DNA of 56,707 nucleotides from positions 1 through 56,707 of IMG/VR virus record IMGVR_UViG_3300044620_000273; one strand, written 5' to 3'. Source of the stretch: a virus (Duplodnaviria > Caudoviricetes). Below, one piece after another: positions 38,592 to 46,939 of the stretch. How positions within the stretch are numbered: position 1 is the stretch's first letter; every line of letters begins with the position of its first letter. A model generated the notes under the pieces. That model did no database searches and had not been told where the DNA came from. It was given only the letters and a program-made list of their open reading frames with translations. The translations under genes and the position numbers were made by a program.

Positions 38592-40661
38592 TTATTCGTA
38601 AAAAATTACAATGCCTTTTTCCATGCGCAGAGGGCCGTCCTTTTCCTTGCTAAGTTGCTGAATTGCCCTGACAATCGATTGACGGCGGATGTCACGCTTG
38701 CCCGGCTCAGGCGGTGGTAACATATCGCAAGCCTTCTGGATGAGCTCTTCTGAACGCACGACGGCGTCTTCTGCAAAGGTCGTCATGACCTCAAGCACAT
38801 GCGTCTCAAGCCGACCGCGACGCTTCACGGATTTCTTGTCCTCGGTCACGGTCGACCGCACCTCGTCCTCGACTGCGACGCAGCTTGTGATCTCGTCACC
38901 GTCCTCGTCGAAGCCCAGCAGGATCGTCTCCAACTTGAAGCCCCAGCGCAGGCCGTCCTCGCCGTCCTTCTGCTTGCTGGTGCGGATCTGGCGTGCGCCG
39001 CTGTTCTCATCGCGCGTCACTTCCAGCTCAGCGTCGACGGCGGCACGGATGCCTGACCAGCCGCGTGAGCCTCGGTGGGCGTCCTTGCCTGCGTGATGCA
39101 CAAGCTCGACCGTCGCGCCTGTCGCGGTGCGCAGGACGCGCACGTTGGCAAGGGCGAGGCCCATGTCCTCTGCGCCGTTCTCATTCGCGCCGGGCGTCAC
39201 CTGCGCAAAGGTGTCGATCACGATCAGGGACACGCCGCCGACCGCCTTGATCGATGCCGCCAACTCGGTGACGTCGCCCTCCTCCATGAGGTTGGGCGGC
39301 ACCACGATCACGCCGATGTCCAGATCCTTGGGCGAGATGCCCAGATGCTGCGCCAGCGCCTTGATGCGCTTGCCGTAGCTGCCTGCGCCTTCCGCCGCGA
39401 TGATCACGACGCGGCCCTTCTCGGCCTTGTGGCCGCGCCACGGCACGCCCAGTGCGATGCAGGCCGCCATCTCAAGCACGACAAAGCTCTTGCCTGAGCC
39501 CGACGCGCCAAAGATCGTGACGATGTCGGCGGCAGGCACGACGCCCTTGATGAGCCACTTAGCCGTCTTCTGGCTGCTCATCTCATCGGCAGACAGGACT
39601 GGGAACTTGCCGGTGTAGCCCGCAGGCGAATAGACGCCCTCTGACGCTTCCAGATCGGCGACGAGCGCATCGGCCTTGGCCGACACCTCATAGGCGCTCG
39701 CCGCCTTACTGGGGCGCGTTGCTGCGGCGTCCTTTACCATCTTGATTACGGAGGCCATGGTGACCTGCTTGCGGTTGGAGCCCTTGCGCCGCTCGAAGCT
39801 GTCCCACTGGACGCGCAGCCCTTCGGTGCCGGGGTAGGTGTAGCCTTCGCTCGACCAGTCGTCCCAGATCTCGAAGCCGTCATCGCCGCCGTCGGTCTCA
39901 TGGGCCAGAGCCATGCCGACCTTAATCCACTGCTCGCGGCCCATGTCTGGATCGAGGGCGGAGACTAGCTCCTCCATGCGCTCAATGGTCAGGCCCAGCC
40001 TCGGCTCGCGGCCTGCCATGAAGTCGTCGGGATCGATGACGTTATTCTGCACCGAACCGAAGCGGGTCTCGCATAGGTCGACCGTGTACTGGTCAACGTC
40101 GGCGACGGTGTTTTTGAGGCCGATCATCTCGCAGGCTGGCAGGATGTTGCCGGTGAAGGTCACAAAGCCTGAGCTGCTGAACGTCTCGAAGCCGAAGCGG
40201 TCGGGCGTGGCGTGGCTCTTGTGGTTGCCCAGATTGCCCCTCAGCGCGGCGCGGATGCCTTTGCCGCTGGGGCTGTACTCGGCGTAGGTGCGCACGATGA
40301 TGCGCTCGATGTCGCTGGGGATCTCACCGTTCGGCCCGACGCAGTGGTCGAAGTCGAGGAAGGTGTAGCCAAAGTCAGGCAGGGGCGCGAAGCCGACGCC
40401 GTCATAGCCCATGCGCGCGGCTGCGTCGCGAGCGGCGGCGAAGGTCGTCAGCCGTGTGCGGTCGGTCGGGGAGCCCTGCTGGCCGTGCCTGATCGTGCCG
40501 TCGGTCCAGTAGGGCACCTTACGCGGCTTGGGTTCGTTGTGGTACTTTTCAAAGCGCCAGATGAGCCACGCGGGAACTGAACGCAGTTCCTCTGGCACTT
40601 CTAACGAGAGAAGTTTGGGCGCAATTGCCCTTACGCTTGCCATGTCGTCATCCTCTCCCAC
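38592..40661 (-). CDS. Primase-helicase (PrimPol-like, PriCT-2, AAA_25/RepA)
   Basis: FLDFD, EYSPSGKG, WIKVGMAL..WDDWS, GASGSGKS, IVIDT, HHAGK. Confidence 0.88.
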   Translation of the reverse strand: MGEDDDMASVRAIAPKLLSLEVPEELRSVPAWLIWRFEKYHNEPKPRKVPYWTDGTIRHGQQGSPTDRTRLTTFAAARDAAARMGYDGVGFAPLPDFGYTFLDFDHCVGPNGEIPSDIERIIVRTYAEYSPSGKGIRAALRGNLGNHKSHATPDRFGFETFSSSGFVTFTGNILPACEMIGLKNTVADVDQYTVDLCETRFGSVQNNVIDPDDFMAGREPRLGLTIERMEELVSALDPDMGREQWIKVGMALAHETDGGDDGFEIWDDWSSEGYTYPGTEGLRVQWDSFERRKGSNRKQVTMASVIKMVKDAAATRPSKAASAYEVSAKADALVADLEASEGVYSPAGYTGKFPVLSADEMSSQKTAKWLIKGVVPAADIVTIFGASGSGKSFVVLEMAACIALGVPWRGHKAEKGRVVIIAAEGAGSYGKRIKALAQHLGISPKDLDIGVIVVPPNLMEEGDVTELAASIKAVGGVSLIVIDTFAQVTPGANENGAEDMGLALANVRVLRTATGATVELVHHAGKDAHRGSRGWSGIRAAVDAELEVTRDENSGARQIRTSKQKDGEDGLRWGFKLETILLGFDEDGDEITSCVAVEDEVRSTVTEDKKSVKRRGRLETHVLEVMTTFAEDAVVRSEELIQKACDMLPPPEPGKRDIRRQSIVRAIQQLSKEKDGPLRMEKGIVIFYE

Positions 40662-40666
40662 AGTGT

Positions 40667-40915
40667 TTACAGTAGATCTGCGCTTGCGCTCGGCGTGTTC
40701 AGGGCCCGCATGAGATCAGGGTTCATGAGGTCGGAGCGCGGGATGGCGAAGATGGCCTCGATGATGATGGCCTTCTCGACGGGTGCCCAGCCGCGACTTT
40801 TCCACGCATAGACGGCCTGATGCGTCAGGCCCATGCGCTTACAGAACTTGACGATGCCGCCGCCTCGCTCGATGGCGAGGTCGATGGCGGCAATGCGTTC
40901 TTGTTTGGTGGTCAT
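40667..40915 (-). CDS. Cro/YdaS-like HTH regulator
   Basis: AIERGGG..MGLTHQAVYAW..IPRSDLMNPDL. Confidence 0.8.
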   Translation of the reverse strand: MTTKQERIAAIDLAIERGGGIVKFCKRMGLTHQAVYAWKSRGWAPVEKAIIIEAIFAIPRSDLMNPDLMRALNTPSASADLL

Positions 40916-41100
40916 GCGGCTACTTTCGTTTCTTGCCTGAAGCTCTCTTCTCGGAGGCCCCAGACGCGGGTGATGACCATGTGCTCGGTCCTAAGTTGGG
41001 TAATTTGGTTGTTGATGGCGCGCAACTCGGCTTCGAGCTTGTCGCGCTTGATGAAGGCCTTGCGAGCCTCGGCGTGGATGGTCTTGAGATCCCGTGTCAT
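40912..41100 (-). CDS. Hypothetical protein
   Basis: ATGA-coupled chain. Confidence 0.65.
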   Translation of the reverse strand: MTRDLKTIHAEARKAFIKRDKLEAELRAINNQITQLRTEHMVITRVWGLREESFRQETKVAA

Positions 41101-41327
41101 TTGAAACGCTCCCCCTTGCGGCCCAAACGGCCTGTCTTCGGATTGCGGAAGTGTGCCTGCTTGAGCAGATCTTGGAGACGCTCAAGCTCGGTGCGCAGGA
41201 TACGCTGATGCAGTGCATGCTCTTTCAGCTTCAGCTCAAGCCTACTGTTCATGGCGTACAGACGGTCGGCTTCCAACTTGTAGGCTTCAATCGCCTTGCG
41301 TGCGGCCCACGGCCAGATGATGTTCAT
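41097..41327 (-). CDS. Hypothetical protein
   Basis: ATGA-coupled; coiled coil; RNPKTGRL tail. Confidence 0.65.
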   Translation of the reverse strand: MNIIWPWAARKAIEAYKLEADRLYAMNSRLELKLKEHALHQRILRTELERLQDLLKQAHFRNPKTGRLGRKGERFK

Positions 41328-41638
41328 GCGTACTCTCCCAGTTTTCCGGCGGCGATTGCCTCCTCGATGATGTCGGTAAGTTTGGCTGCCAGCTTCTCGT
41401 AGCTGACGGCCCAGTCCATGGATGCGTAGCGGTGGGCGTCCGTGCGCTCATTGATGTCGAACGAGGTGCCGTGATCCCAGACGACGATGTCTGTCGTCTC
41501 TCCTTCGAGGTAAACGTCGAAGTCGGCAGTCGCGCCTTGCTCAGGCTCGTAGCCGTCCCAACTGACGGTGATGTCGAGCTGGGTGTGCGCCTTGAGAGCC
41601 TTGTTGATCTGGCTTTCGGTGTATTCGGGGTGGTCCAT
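41324..41638 (-). CDS. Hypothetical acidic early protein
   Basis: Shared leader with GGAG RBS before ATG at 41638. Confidence 0.7.
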   Translation of the reverse strand: MDHPEYTESQINKALKAHTQLDITVSWDGYEPEQGATADFDVYLEGETTDIVVWDHGTSFDINERTDAHRYASMDWAVSYEKLAAKLTDIIEEAIAAGKLGEYA

Positions 41639-41646
41639 GTTGTGTA

Positions 41647-41696
41647 CTCCGTGTTGCTGATGAGCCATCCCTAATCGATGCAATCAGACATTGCAA
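41647..41696 (-). promoter_or_regulatory. Early promoter/operator/leader element, copy 3
   Basis: TTGCAATGTCTGATTGCATCGATTAGGGATGGCTCATCAGCAACACGGAG. Confidence 0.75.
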
Positions 41697-41807
41697 TACC
41701 CTATCGATGATTTTTTTGGTACTCGTCGATTGCTCGACGCAGCCAATCCCCTGCCCAGACCGCGCCCAGCACCAGTAGGATGACACCGATAAAGAGAGCG
41801 GCCTCCG

Positions 41808-42062
41808 TCACGCGTTGCCCGCCACGTCACTGAACATGGTCAGGTCCGTATGTGCCCGCGACATAATCATCCGAGCCATGGCTTGGGTGACCTCGGACAC
41901 GTCCTGAACGTCGTCCATCGCCATGAACTCGGCGTACAGGAGCTTGATCAGGACTTCCGCCCGGCAAACCCGCTCACTGTCGGCGAAGATGTCCCAGAGG
42001 ACGTCGGTAATCTCTTGCTCCGCTGTTTCGTGCGATAGGACGTGGCGCTCTTCTTCAGTCAT
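41808..42062 (-). CDS. Hypothetical protein
   Basis: 84 aa ORF in the early arm. Confidence 0.6.
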   Translation of the reverse strand: MTEEERHVLSHETAEQEITDVLWDIFADSERVCRAEVLIKLLYAEFMAMDDVQDVSEVTQAMARMIMSRAHTDLTMFSDVAGNA

Positions 42063-42204
42063 CTTTTTTCCCTTCGATTAGGTGGTTCAGCCCGAGGCGC
42101 ACGGCCTCGCGCTCAAGGTGTTGGACCTTGCGCCGAGCCAGCTCCAGTTGCTGCGGCAAGATCTTGATGCGGTACTTCATGTACCGCAGGGCTTCTGGCG
42201 TCAA
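42055..42204 (-). CDS. Hypothetical microprotein (49 aa)
   Basis: GAGGAG RBS, TTG start, fills the gap. Confidence 0.45.
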   Translation of the reverse strand: MTPEALRYMKYRIKILPQQLELARRKVQHLEREAVRLGLNHLIEGKKDD

Positions 42205-42278
42205 AATCTAATCTCCTCGTCGGCCCAGTCGTAAATGTCCCAGCCGAAATTATCGAACAGGAATTGGCGCAGGGTCAT
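42201..42278 (-). CDS. Microprotein (25 aa, MTLRQFLFDNFGWDIYDWADEEIRF)
   Basis: ATGA-coupled to the upstream gene and TTGA-coupled to the downstream gene. Confidence 0.45.
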   Translation of the reverse strand: MTLRQFLFDNFGWDIYDWADEEIRF

Positions 42279-42562
42279 TTGCGGTATTCCTGTAGGACTG
42301 CGTTCACCGCCGCTAGCACAAACTCTTCGTCTTCTGGCGTTACGTCAGATGGGTCAACGTATAGGTAGACAAGGCTACGCAGTCGCTCGTTCTCTGCTTT
42401 CAGCGCATCGGTCTGTTGTTCCGCTACCGCTTTGATGGCAGATGCGTAGACTAATCCGATTTCCCCGACGGATAGCCCCTGCTCGGTCTGGGGTTGGCGG
42501 AGGGCTTTGCCGCATGATGGACATTCGTCTTGTCGTATCTTTTTAAGATATACTTCGGTCAT
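42275..42562 (-). CDS. Hypothetical protein with CPSC motif
   Basis: ATGA-coupled; GGAG RBS. Confidence 0.6.
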   Translation of the reverse strand: MTEVYLKKIRQDECPSCGKALRQPQTEQGLSVGEIGLVYASAIKAVAEQQTDALKAENERLRSLVYLYVDPSDVTPEDEEFVLAAVNAVLQEYRK

Positions 42563-42696
42563 TTGCGTTTCTCCCGTATGTAAAACCAGTCAGCCCACGA
42601 AATGCGGCCAGACCTGCTCCCCGAAAAGTAGAAGCAGCTTCGGCCCTTGCGTTTGTCAGCCATTTCAATGCGCTTAGTTTGGATTGGGTTGGTCAT
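42559..42696 (-). CDS. Hypothetical microprotein
   Basis: ATGA-coupled; start MTNPIQ. Confidence 0.5.
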   Translation of the reverse strand: MTNPIQTKRIEMADKRKGRSCFYFSGSRSGRISWADWFYIREKRK

Positions 42697-42887
42697 TGCC
42701 CCTTTTCCCATGTCAGCGCGTCGGCTTTGCCTGTGAACACTAACCACGCCGCCTTAACCCTCGAGCAGAACGACGGGTAGCCGTATGCCCTAGCCGGGAC
42801 CCATGCCATGCCGGGTGGCACGCGGGTCATGTTCTGGTTGGCGGTTTCGATAATCTCGCGCACCGATATTATGTTCGGGTATTTCAT
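42693..42887 (-). CDS. Hypothetical protein
   Basis: WVPARAYG..RVKAAWLVFTGKADALTW; ATGA-coupled. Confidence 0.65.
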   Translation of the reverse strand: MKYPNIISVREIIETANQNMTRVPPGMAWVPARAYGYPSFCSRVKAAWLVFTGKADALTWEKGQ

Positions 42888-43255
42888 TGCCCCTTCTCCC
42901 GTATCTCCAGCCCACGGGCGTCCAGTGCGGCGCTCAATGATGGCGCACAACTTTCGATGACAGCATCGGCCCACCCAGCCTGTTTCATTACCTCCACCAG
43001 CGGGTCAGGCTTGGGCTTGGGGATGATGAAGTGTCCAAGGTTGTTCCTGATTGTTGCGCCGTCCTCTGCATCAAGCAAAGCACTTTCAACCGCATCGCTC
43101 ACCTCTTGCTTAAATGCTTCGTGCTGTTCTATGGCGCGGCATAGGGCTTCGTCCATGATAAGTCCGCGCATGATACGGCGTGTAAGTTCCTTTTCGCCTT
43201 CCTCGCGCTCAACCTCATTCACCAGCGCCAAGGCTTTTGCTTCAATGTCGGTCAT
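42884..43255 (-). CDS. Hypothetical protein
   Basis: Start MTDIEAKAL; ATGA-coupled. Confidence 0.65.
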   Translation of the reverse strand: MTDIEAKALALVNEVEREEGEKELTRRIMRGLIMDEALCRAIEQHEAFKQEVSDAVESALLDAEDGATIRNNLGHFIIPKPKPDPLVEVMKQAGWADAVIESCAPSLSAALDARGLEIREKGQ

Positions 43256-43419
43256 CTGAGTAACAGCCCTTCCAGTTCGCGGATGGCCCACTGGATGCCT
43301 TGGATCTCGACGCCCATGTCGTGCAGGCCGTGTGCGTCCTTGGCGTGTAGAAACACCTCCGCCATCTCCCAGCATACTTGTTCGCGCTTGCGCAGCGCCT
43401 CGATACGTTCCTTGATCAT
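43252..43419 (-). CDS. Hypothetical protein (55 aa)
   Basis: MIKERIEALRKREQVCWEMAE; ATGA-coupled. Confidence 0.55.
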   Translation of the reverse strand: MIKERIEALRKREQVCWEMAEVFLHAKDAHGLHDMGVEIQGIQWAIRELEGLLLR

Positions 43420-43480
43420 TGATCCCAATCCTTATTGTTTCTGAACATGTAGGCCAAAAGCCGGTCGATGATGCGGCGTA

Positions 43481-43606
43481 TCAGTCCCACCAGTCTTCCT
43501 CCATCTCTTTGCGCTCCTGTGCGGTGAGCTCAGGCGCGGTCAGCATGAGGTAGGTCGTCAGCAGGCCGAGGCCTACTATGAAAAAGAAGAGTGCGCGCTC
43601 GCTCAT
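43481..43606 (-). CDS. Small single-TM protein (41 aa)
   Basis: ALFFFIVGLGLLTTYLML; ATGA-coupled. Confidence 0.5.
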   Translation of the reverse strand: MSERALFFFIVGLGLLTTYLMLTAPELTAQERKEMEEDWWD

Positions 43607-43797
43607 GCTGCCACCTTCCGGCTCTTACGTGGTGCCTTGTCCTTGCTGCCCTTGGGACGGCCAACCTTGCGCTTGGGCTTTATAACCCGCCGTTCTACAG
43701 CCTCGATCAACAGAACAGCCATCGACCTGAACACAACCTCGCGCCAGTCCAGCCACGCCGCCAGCGAGAACAGTTTCTTTGCCAACCAATTATTCAT
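43603..43797 (-). CDS. Small basic protein with AT-hook-like motif
   Basis: KRKVGRPKGSKDKAPRK; GGAGG RBS. Confidence 0.6.
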   Translation of the reverse strand: MNNWLAKKLFSLAAWLDWREVVFRSMAVLLIEAVERRVIKPKRKVGRPKGSKDKAPRKSRKVAA

Positions 43798-44615
43798 TTC
43801 AGTCCTCCTTCTACTTGATAATCCTTGTGGACGAAGCCCGGTGTCTCGCCCTTAACCATGCAGGCCTGCACCCAGTGCCGCACGCCCTTGCGGCTGGTGC
43901 GGTAGTAGCCGCGCCGCAGGTGTGCTCTGGGCGAGGCGTGCGTGCCTCCTCCCTTGCTGACCTGCCGCGCCTTGGGCGCGCCGATGATCAGCGTCTTGTA
44001 TGTGTAGAGGGGAACGCGCCCCTTGATGCGCCTGACGCGGTTCTCCTTGTCGTCTGGCGGCACGTCCACTAGCTCGACGTGGTTGTTGGCGAGCACAGCG
44101 CACAGGCGCGCAAATAGCGACGTCGCGGCGTCCAGAAGCTCTGCGGCGACTGTAAACGTATCTACCTGTTCCGCGCCGTTCTGCTCCGCCATCATGTCTG
44201 CCAGTATTGGAGACCAGCAGCGCAGTTCGATTGGCACCCAATGATCGATATACTCGTAGCGAACCTCAAAAGGACATATGGCTACGGTGTCGCCTACCGG
44301 AGAGGCGTACACCCGCAGCTTGACGTGTGTACCGAGATCCTCGATCACGATCACATGCTCGGTCGGTCCCTTGGCGTACTCAACGACGGTGAGGGGGTAG
44401 GGCGGTCTCAGGTTTGCGCCGATCAGAGGCTGCTTGTCAGGCAGCACGCCGGGCAGCGTGTCCGTCAGCGCGAAGCGGACGCCATTGCGGTTTGCGCGCT
44501 TCATGTGTGCGACCGTCTCGCGGTGGGTAGACTTCAAGGGTGGCGGGCTGGACGCAACACGCTCCATCCAGTCTATAAAGCGCGGAAGGTAGTGGCCGGG
44601 GCGGATCACTTCCAT
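43794..44615 (-). CDS. Hypothetical protein with HASPRxHxRRG C-terminal motif
   Basis: AGGAGA RBS; THASPRAHLRRGYYR..HWVQACMVKG. Confidence 0.75.
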   Translation of the reverse strand: MEVIRPGHYLPRFIDWMERVASSPPPLKSTHRETVAHMKRANRNGVRFALTDTLPGVLPDKQPLIGANLRPPYPLTVVEYAKGPTEHVIVIEDLGTHVKLRVYASPVGDTVAICPFEVRYEYIDHWVPIELRCWSPILADMMAEQNGAEQVDTFTVAAELLDAATSLFARLCAVLANNHVELVDVPPDDKENRVRRIKGRVPLYTYKTLIIGAPKARQVSKGGGTHASPRAHLRRGYYRTSRKGVRHWVQACMVKGETPGFVHKDYQVEGGLK

Positions 44616-44698
44616 TCTCCTGTCAGTGTCTTGACGATTGCGATGATGGTGAAGGCGAGGACGGCCAAAAAGAAGATGTTCGAGGCGATGTGCATCAT
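44606..44698 (-). CDS. Small TM microprotein (30 aa)
   Basis: IFFLAVLAFTIIAIV; coupled on both sides. Confidence 0.45.
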   Translation of the reverse strand: MMHIASNIFFLAVLAFTIIAIVKTLTGEWK

Positions 44699-44958
44699 GC
44701 TGCTGCCCTCCCCTGATTGCCGATGTGCAGTGCCTCGTCGAGCAGCTCGTTGCGCAGCGTGTGCAGCGCGGCGATGCGGTCGAAGTGCGTGGTGCGGTCA
44801 GCGATGAAGCGGTCACGGTCGCCGAGGTAGTCGCGTCCGTTGGGCGTGACCTGCTTGAGCGCCTCGATGGCGTTCATCAGGTGGTCCATCGCATCGCGGC
44901 GTGGCTGGATGAGGTCAACGGCGCTGCTGCCGTTGATGTTGAGTGTTGGTCGTATCAT
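44695..44958 (-). CDS. Hypothetical protein
   Basis: MIRPTLNINGSS..TPNGRDY; ATGA-coupled. Confidence 0.65.
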   Translation of the reverse strand: MIRPTLNINGSSAVDLIQPRRDAMDHLMNAIEALKQVTPNGRDYLGDRDRFIADRTTHFDRIAALHTLRNELLDEALHIGNQGRAAA

Positions 44959-45155
44959 GCTTCCACCTGTCCGTTGCGGATGATCGTGATCTCGTCGCCC
45001 TCGTTGGGCCAACGCTTGTCAACAACGCGGTATACGTGTTGGTCCCACTTGCTGAAGGCGCGGCCCGCTTCGACGGCCATGTGGGCGAAGCGGAAGGTGG
45101 CGACTGGGTGCCACTTGTGGGTTTCGGTGTCTTTGTGTTCCAGTTCGATTTTCAT
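44955..45155 (-). CDS. Hypothetical early protein
   Basis: Leader TATCAGCAACAGGAG before ATG. Confidence 0.7.
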   Translation of the reverse strand: MKIELEHKDTETHKWHPVATFRFAHMAVEAGRAFSKWDQHVYRVVDKRWPNEGDEITIIRNGQVEA

Positions 45156-45161
45156 GATGTG

Positions 45162-45196
45162 CTCCTGTTGCTGATAGGGTGGGGGCCGGAGCCCCC
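45162..45196 (-). promoter_or_regulatory. Shared leader, copy 4, preceded by a GGGGGC-UCCG-GCCCCC hairpin instead of a promoter
   Basis: UNCG tetraloop hairpin 45181-45196, then ATCAGCAAC-A-GGAG. Confidence 0.6.
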
Positions 45197-45202
45197 GTTG
45201 GG

Positions 45203-45502
45203 TTAGATGCGGTTGGCTGCGACGATGGCGCAGAGGACGGCAGGGTTCTTGTGGGTGCGATAGAAGTCACCGCAGTTGTATTCCCACTCGTCGTCACACT
45301 CGAAGCGGTGGGCGGTGCCGAACAGTTCGCCATCGTAATAGAAGTCGACGGTGTGGAAATCGTACTTTGGATCGTCACCCTTCACGGTGTTGAAGTTCCG
45401 CAGCTCGAAGTCGTAACCGTTGAACGAGAACTTGCTGTCGCGGATGTTGATGGTGGCTTCTTCGCCGGACCAGTTGCTCTTGTTGAAAGTGATGAAAGTC
45501 AT
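45203..45502 (-). CDS. Hypothetical protein, first early gene
   Basis: Shared leader with GGAG; aromatic and acidic, 99 aa. Confidence 0.7.
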   Translation of the reverse strand: MTFITFNKSNWSGEEATINIRDSKFSFNGYDFELRNFNTVKGDDPKYDFHTVDFYYDGELFGTAHRFECDDEWEYNCGDFYRTHKNPAVLCAIVAANRI

Positions 45503-45510
45503 GATTTTTA

Positions 45511-45566
45511 CTCCGTGTTTGCGTTGCTGATGAGCTATCCCTAATCGATGCAATCAGGCATTGCAA
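45511..45566 (-). promoter_or_regulatory. Early promoter/operator/leader element, copy 5
   Basis: TTGCAATGCCTGATTGCATCGATTAGGGATAGCTCATCAGCAACGCAAACACGGAG. Confidence 0.75.
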
Positions 45567-45571
45567 TACAC

Positions 45572-45810
45572 AAAATGCATCTTTTTAAAAATAATTGCAG
45601 CATGCATCATTTGCAGCATTAAGCAGCATGCTGCAAATGGTGCAGCTCGGAGAAATGCAGCATTTATGCAGCATCGGGGGGAGCCTTCTAAAAGAAGGCC
45701 CCCAACTGCTGCAAATGCTGCACCGAGCAGATGCTGTGCTGCGCTGCACTTTTGTTGACCACCCTCGGAACTCAATCGTGCATCATGTTGCGCTGTGATG
45801 CATGCTGTGT
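45572..45810. repeat. Mirror-symmetric GCAGCAT/ATGCTGC repeat array with AT-rich flank; candidate replication origin
   Basis: Non-coding divergence region; repeats largely switch orientation around the central GGGGG-A-GCCTTCT-AAA-AGAAGGC-CCCC palindrome. Confidence 0.55.
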
Positions 45811-45842
45811 TACTCGGATCAAAATCACTAGGGGTTTAGGAA

Positions 45843-46136
45843 ATGAAAAGATACCTCGGGCATAAACCGAAAACGGATGACTGGAATTTTCTCGGGTCGG
45901 TAGAGGCAGACGGAAATTGGTTCGTGTACGTCAGGCCTGATCCGTCGAACGGATGGTCGTCGGTTAAGGTCGTGGCAGATGGCAGGGCCTTGGGCAAAGC
46001 GAACTATTGGCTGGGCTGGAACGGTCAACGCTTTAGCCGCCATGCGGATCTGCCGCTGCTGCTCAATCGCAGTGGGTTGGCTAGAGCCGTAGAGGATATG
46101 CTCAAGGCCCGTGAGGATGGGTTTGATTTGCTTTGA
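45843..46136 (+). CDS. Hypothetical protein
   Basis: 97 aa Trp-rich ORF, first gene of the + arm; KANYWLGWNGQRF. Confidence 0.65.
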   Translation: MKRYLGHKPKTDDWNFLGSVEADGNWFVYVRPDPSNGWSSVKVVADGRALGKANYWLGWNGQRFSRHADLPLLLNRSGLARAVEDMLKAREDGFDLL

Positions 46137-46167
46137 CATCGCGCGGCCTTTCAGGCTTCATGCAGGC

Positions 46168-46202
46168 TGTGGCTCGGCTGATTTGGAATAGGTCGAGCCA
46201 CA
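46168..46202 (+). other. Hairpin upstream of terminase small subunit
   Basis: 12-bp stem TGTGGCTCGGCT/GGTCGAGCCACA with two G-U pairs favouring + strand RNA; TTGACA at 46133. Confidence 0.4.
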
Positions 46203-46268
46203 CCCTCTTGTAGTTTCATCGCGCTGCTGCTATCTGGGGCTTCTGGTAGTCCTGCCAAGAAGCGGAGC

Positions 46269-46766
46269 ATGCAGACAATGGGTCAGACGAAACGAACTTC
46301 TGCCGTCGAGCAGCGTATCATCGAGGGGCTGTGCGATGGCGTCCCGCTGCGTGAGTTGTGCCGTCAGGATGGGATGCCGAGCTGGCGGACTGTGTATGAT
46401 TGGATCTCCGCCGACGAGGAGTTCGCCGCACGCATCGCGCACGCGCGCGAGTTGGGCTTCGACGCCATCGCCGAGGACATCCTCGACATCGCCGACGACG
46501 GCACCAACGACTGGATCGAGCGCCAACGCAACGACGGCACGACCGAACTGGCGATTAACAGCGAGCATGTGCAGCGCAGCAAGTTGCGCATCGACACGCG
46601 CCTCAAGCTTCTGGCGAAGTGGTCCCCCAACAGGTACGGCGACAACGCAACACTGAACCTTGGCAACAAGAACGGTGAGGCGCTCAAGATTGAGACCCAG
46701 CCCGCCGACCCCATGGTGCTGTCCGCAGTGACCCAAGCCCTGCTCTCGCATAAGGTAGACACATGA
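46269..46766 (+). CDS. Terminase small subunit (Sf6 gp1-like)
   Basis: LRELCRQDGMPSWRTVYDW..ILDIADD..RSKLRIDTRLKLLAKWSPNRYGD. Confidence 0.88.
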   Translation: MQTMGQTKRTSAVEQRIIEGLCDGVPLRELCRQDGMPSWRTVYDWISADEEFAARIAHARELGFDAIAEDILDIADDGTNDWIERQRNDGTTELAINSEHVQRSKLRIDTRLKLLAKWSPNRYGDNATLNLGNKNGEALKIETQPADPMVLSAVTQALLSHKVDT

Positions 46767-46939
46767 TCTGGAACCCGTGGCGTCGCGTCCGCGAGCTTCA
46801 GGTCGAGCTGGACCGCGTGCGCGCCGAGCGCACTGCGCTTGATCACGCGCTGCTGCGGTCGACGGAACGGTACGACAAGATCCGCGAGACCAACCTCCAA
46901 CTGCGCGACGCGCTGACGCTGTACCGCAAGGACGCATGA
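46763..46939 (+). CDS. Small coiled-coil protein (58 aa)
   Basis: ATGA-coupled to both TerS and TerL; MIWNPWRRVRELQVEL. Confidence 0.6.
   Translation: MIWNPWRRVRELQVELDRVRAERTALDHALLRSTERYDKIRETNLQLRDALTLYRKDA

Noticed and set aside
40667-40915. Cro-like gene as evidence of a temperate lifestyle
   Set aside because: No integrase, CI-like repressor or partition genes recognised; lifestyle undetermined
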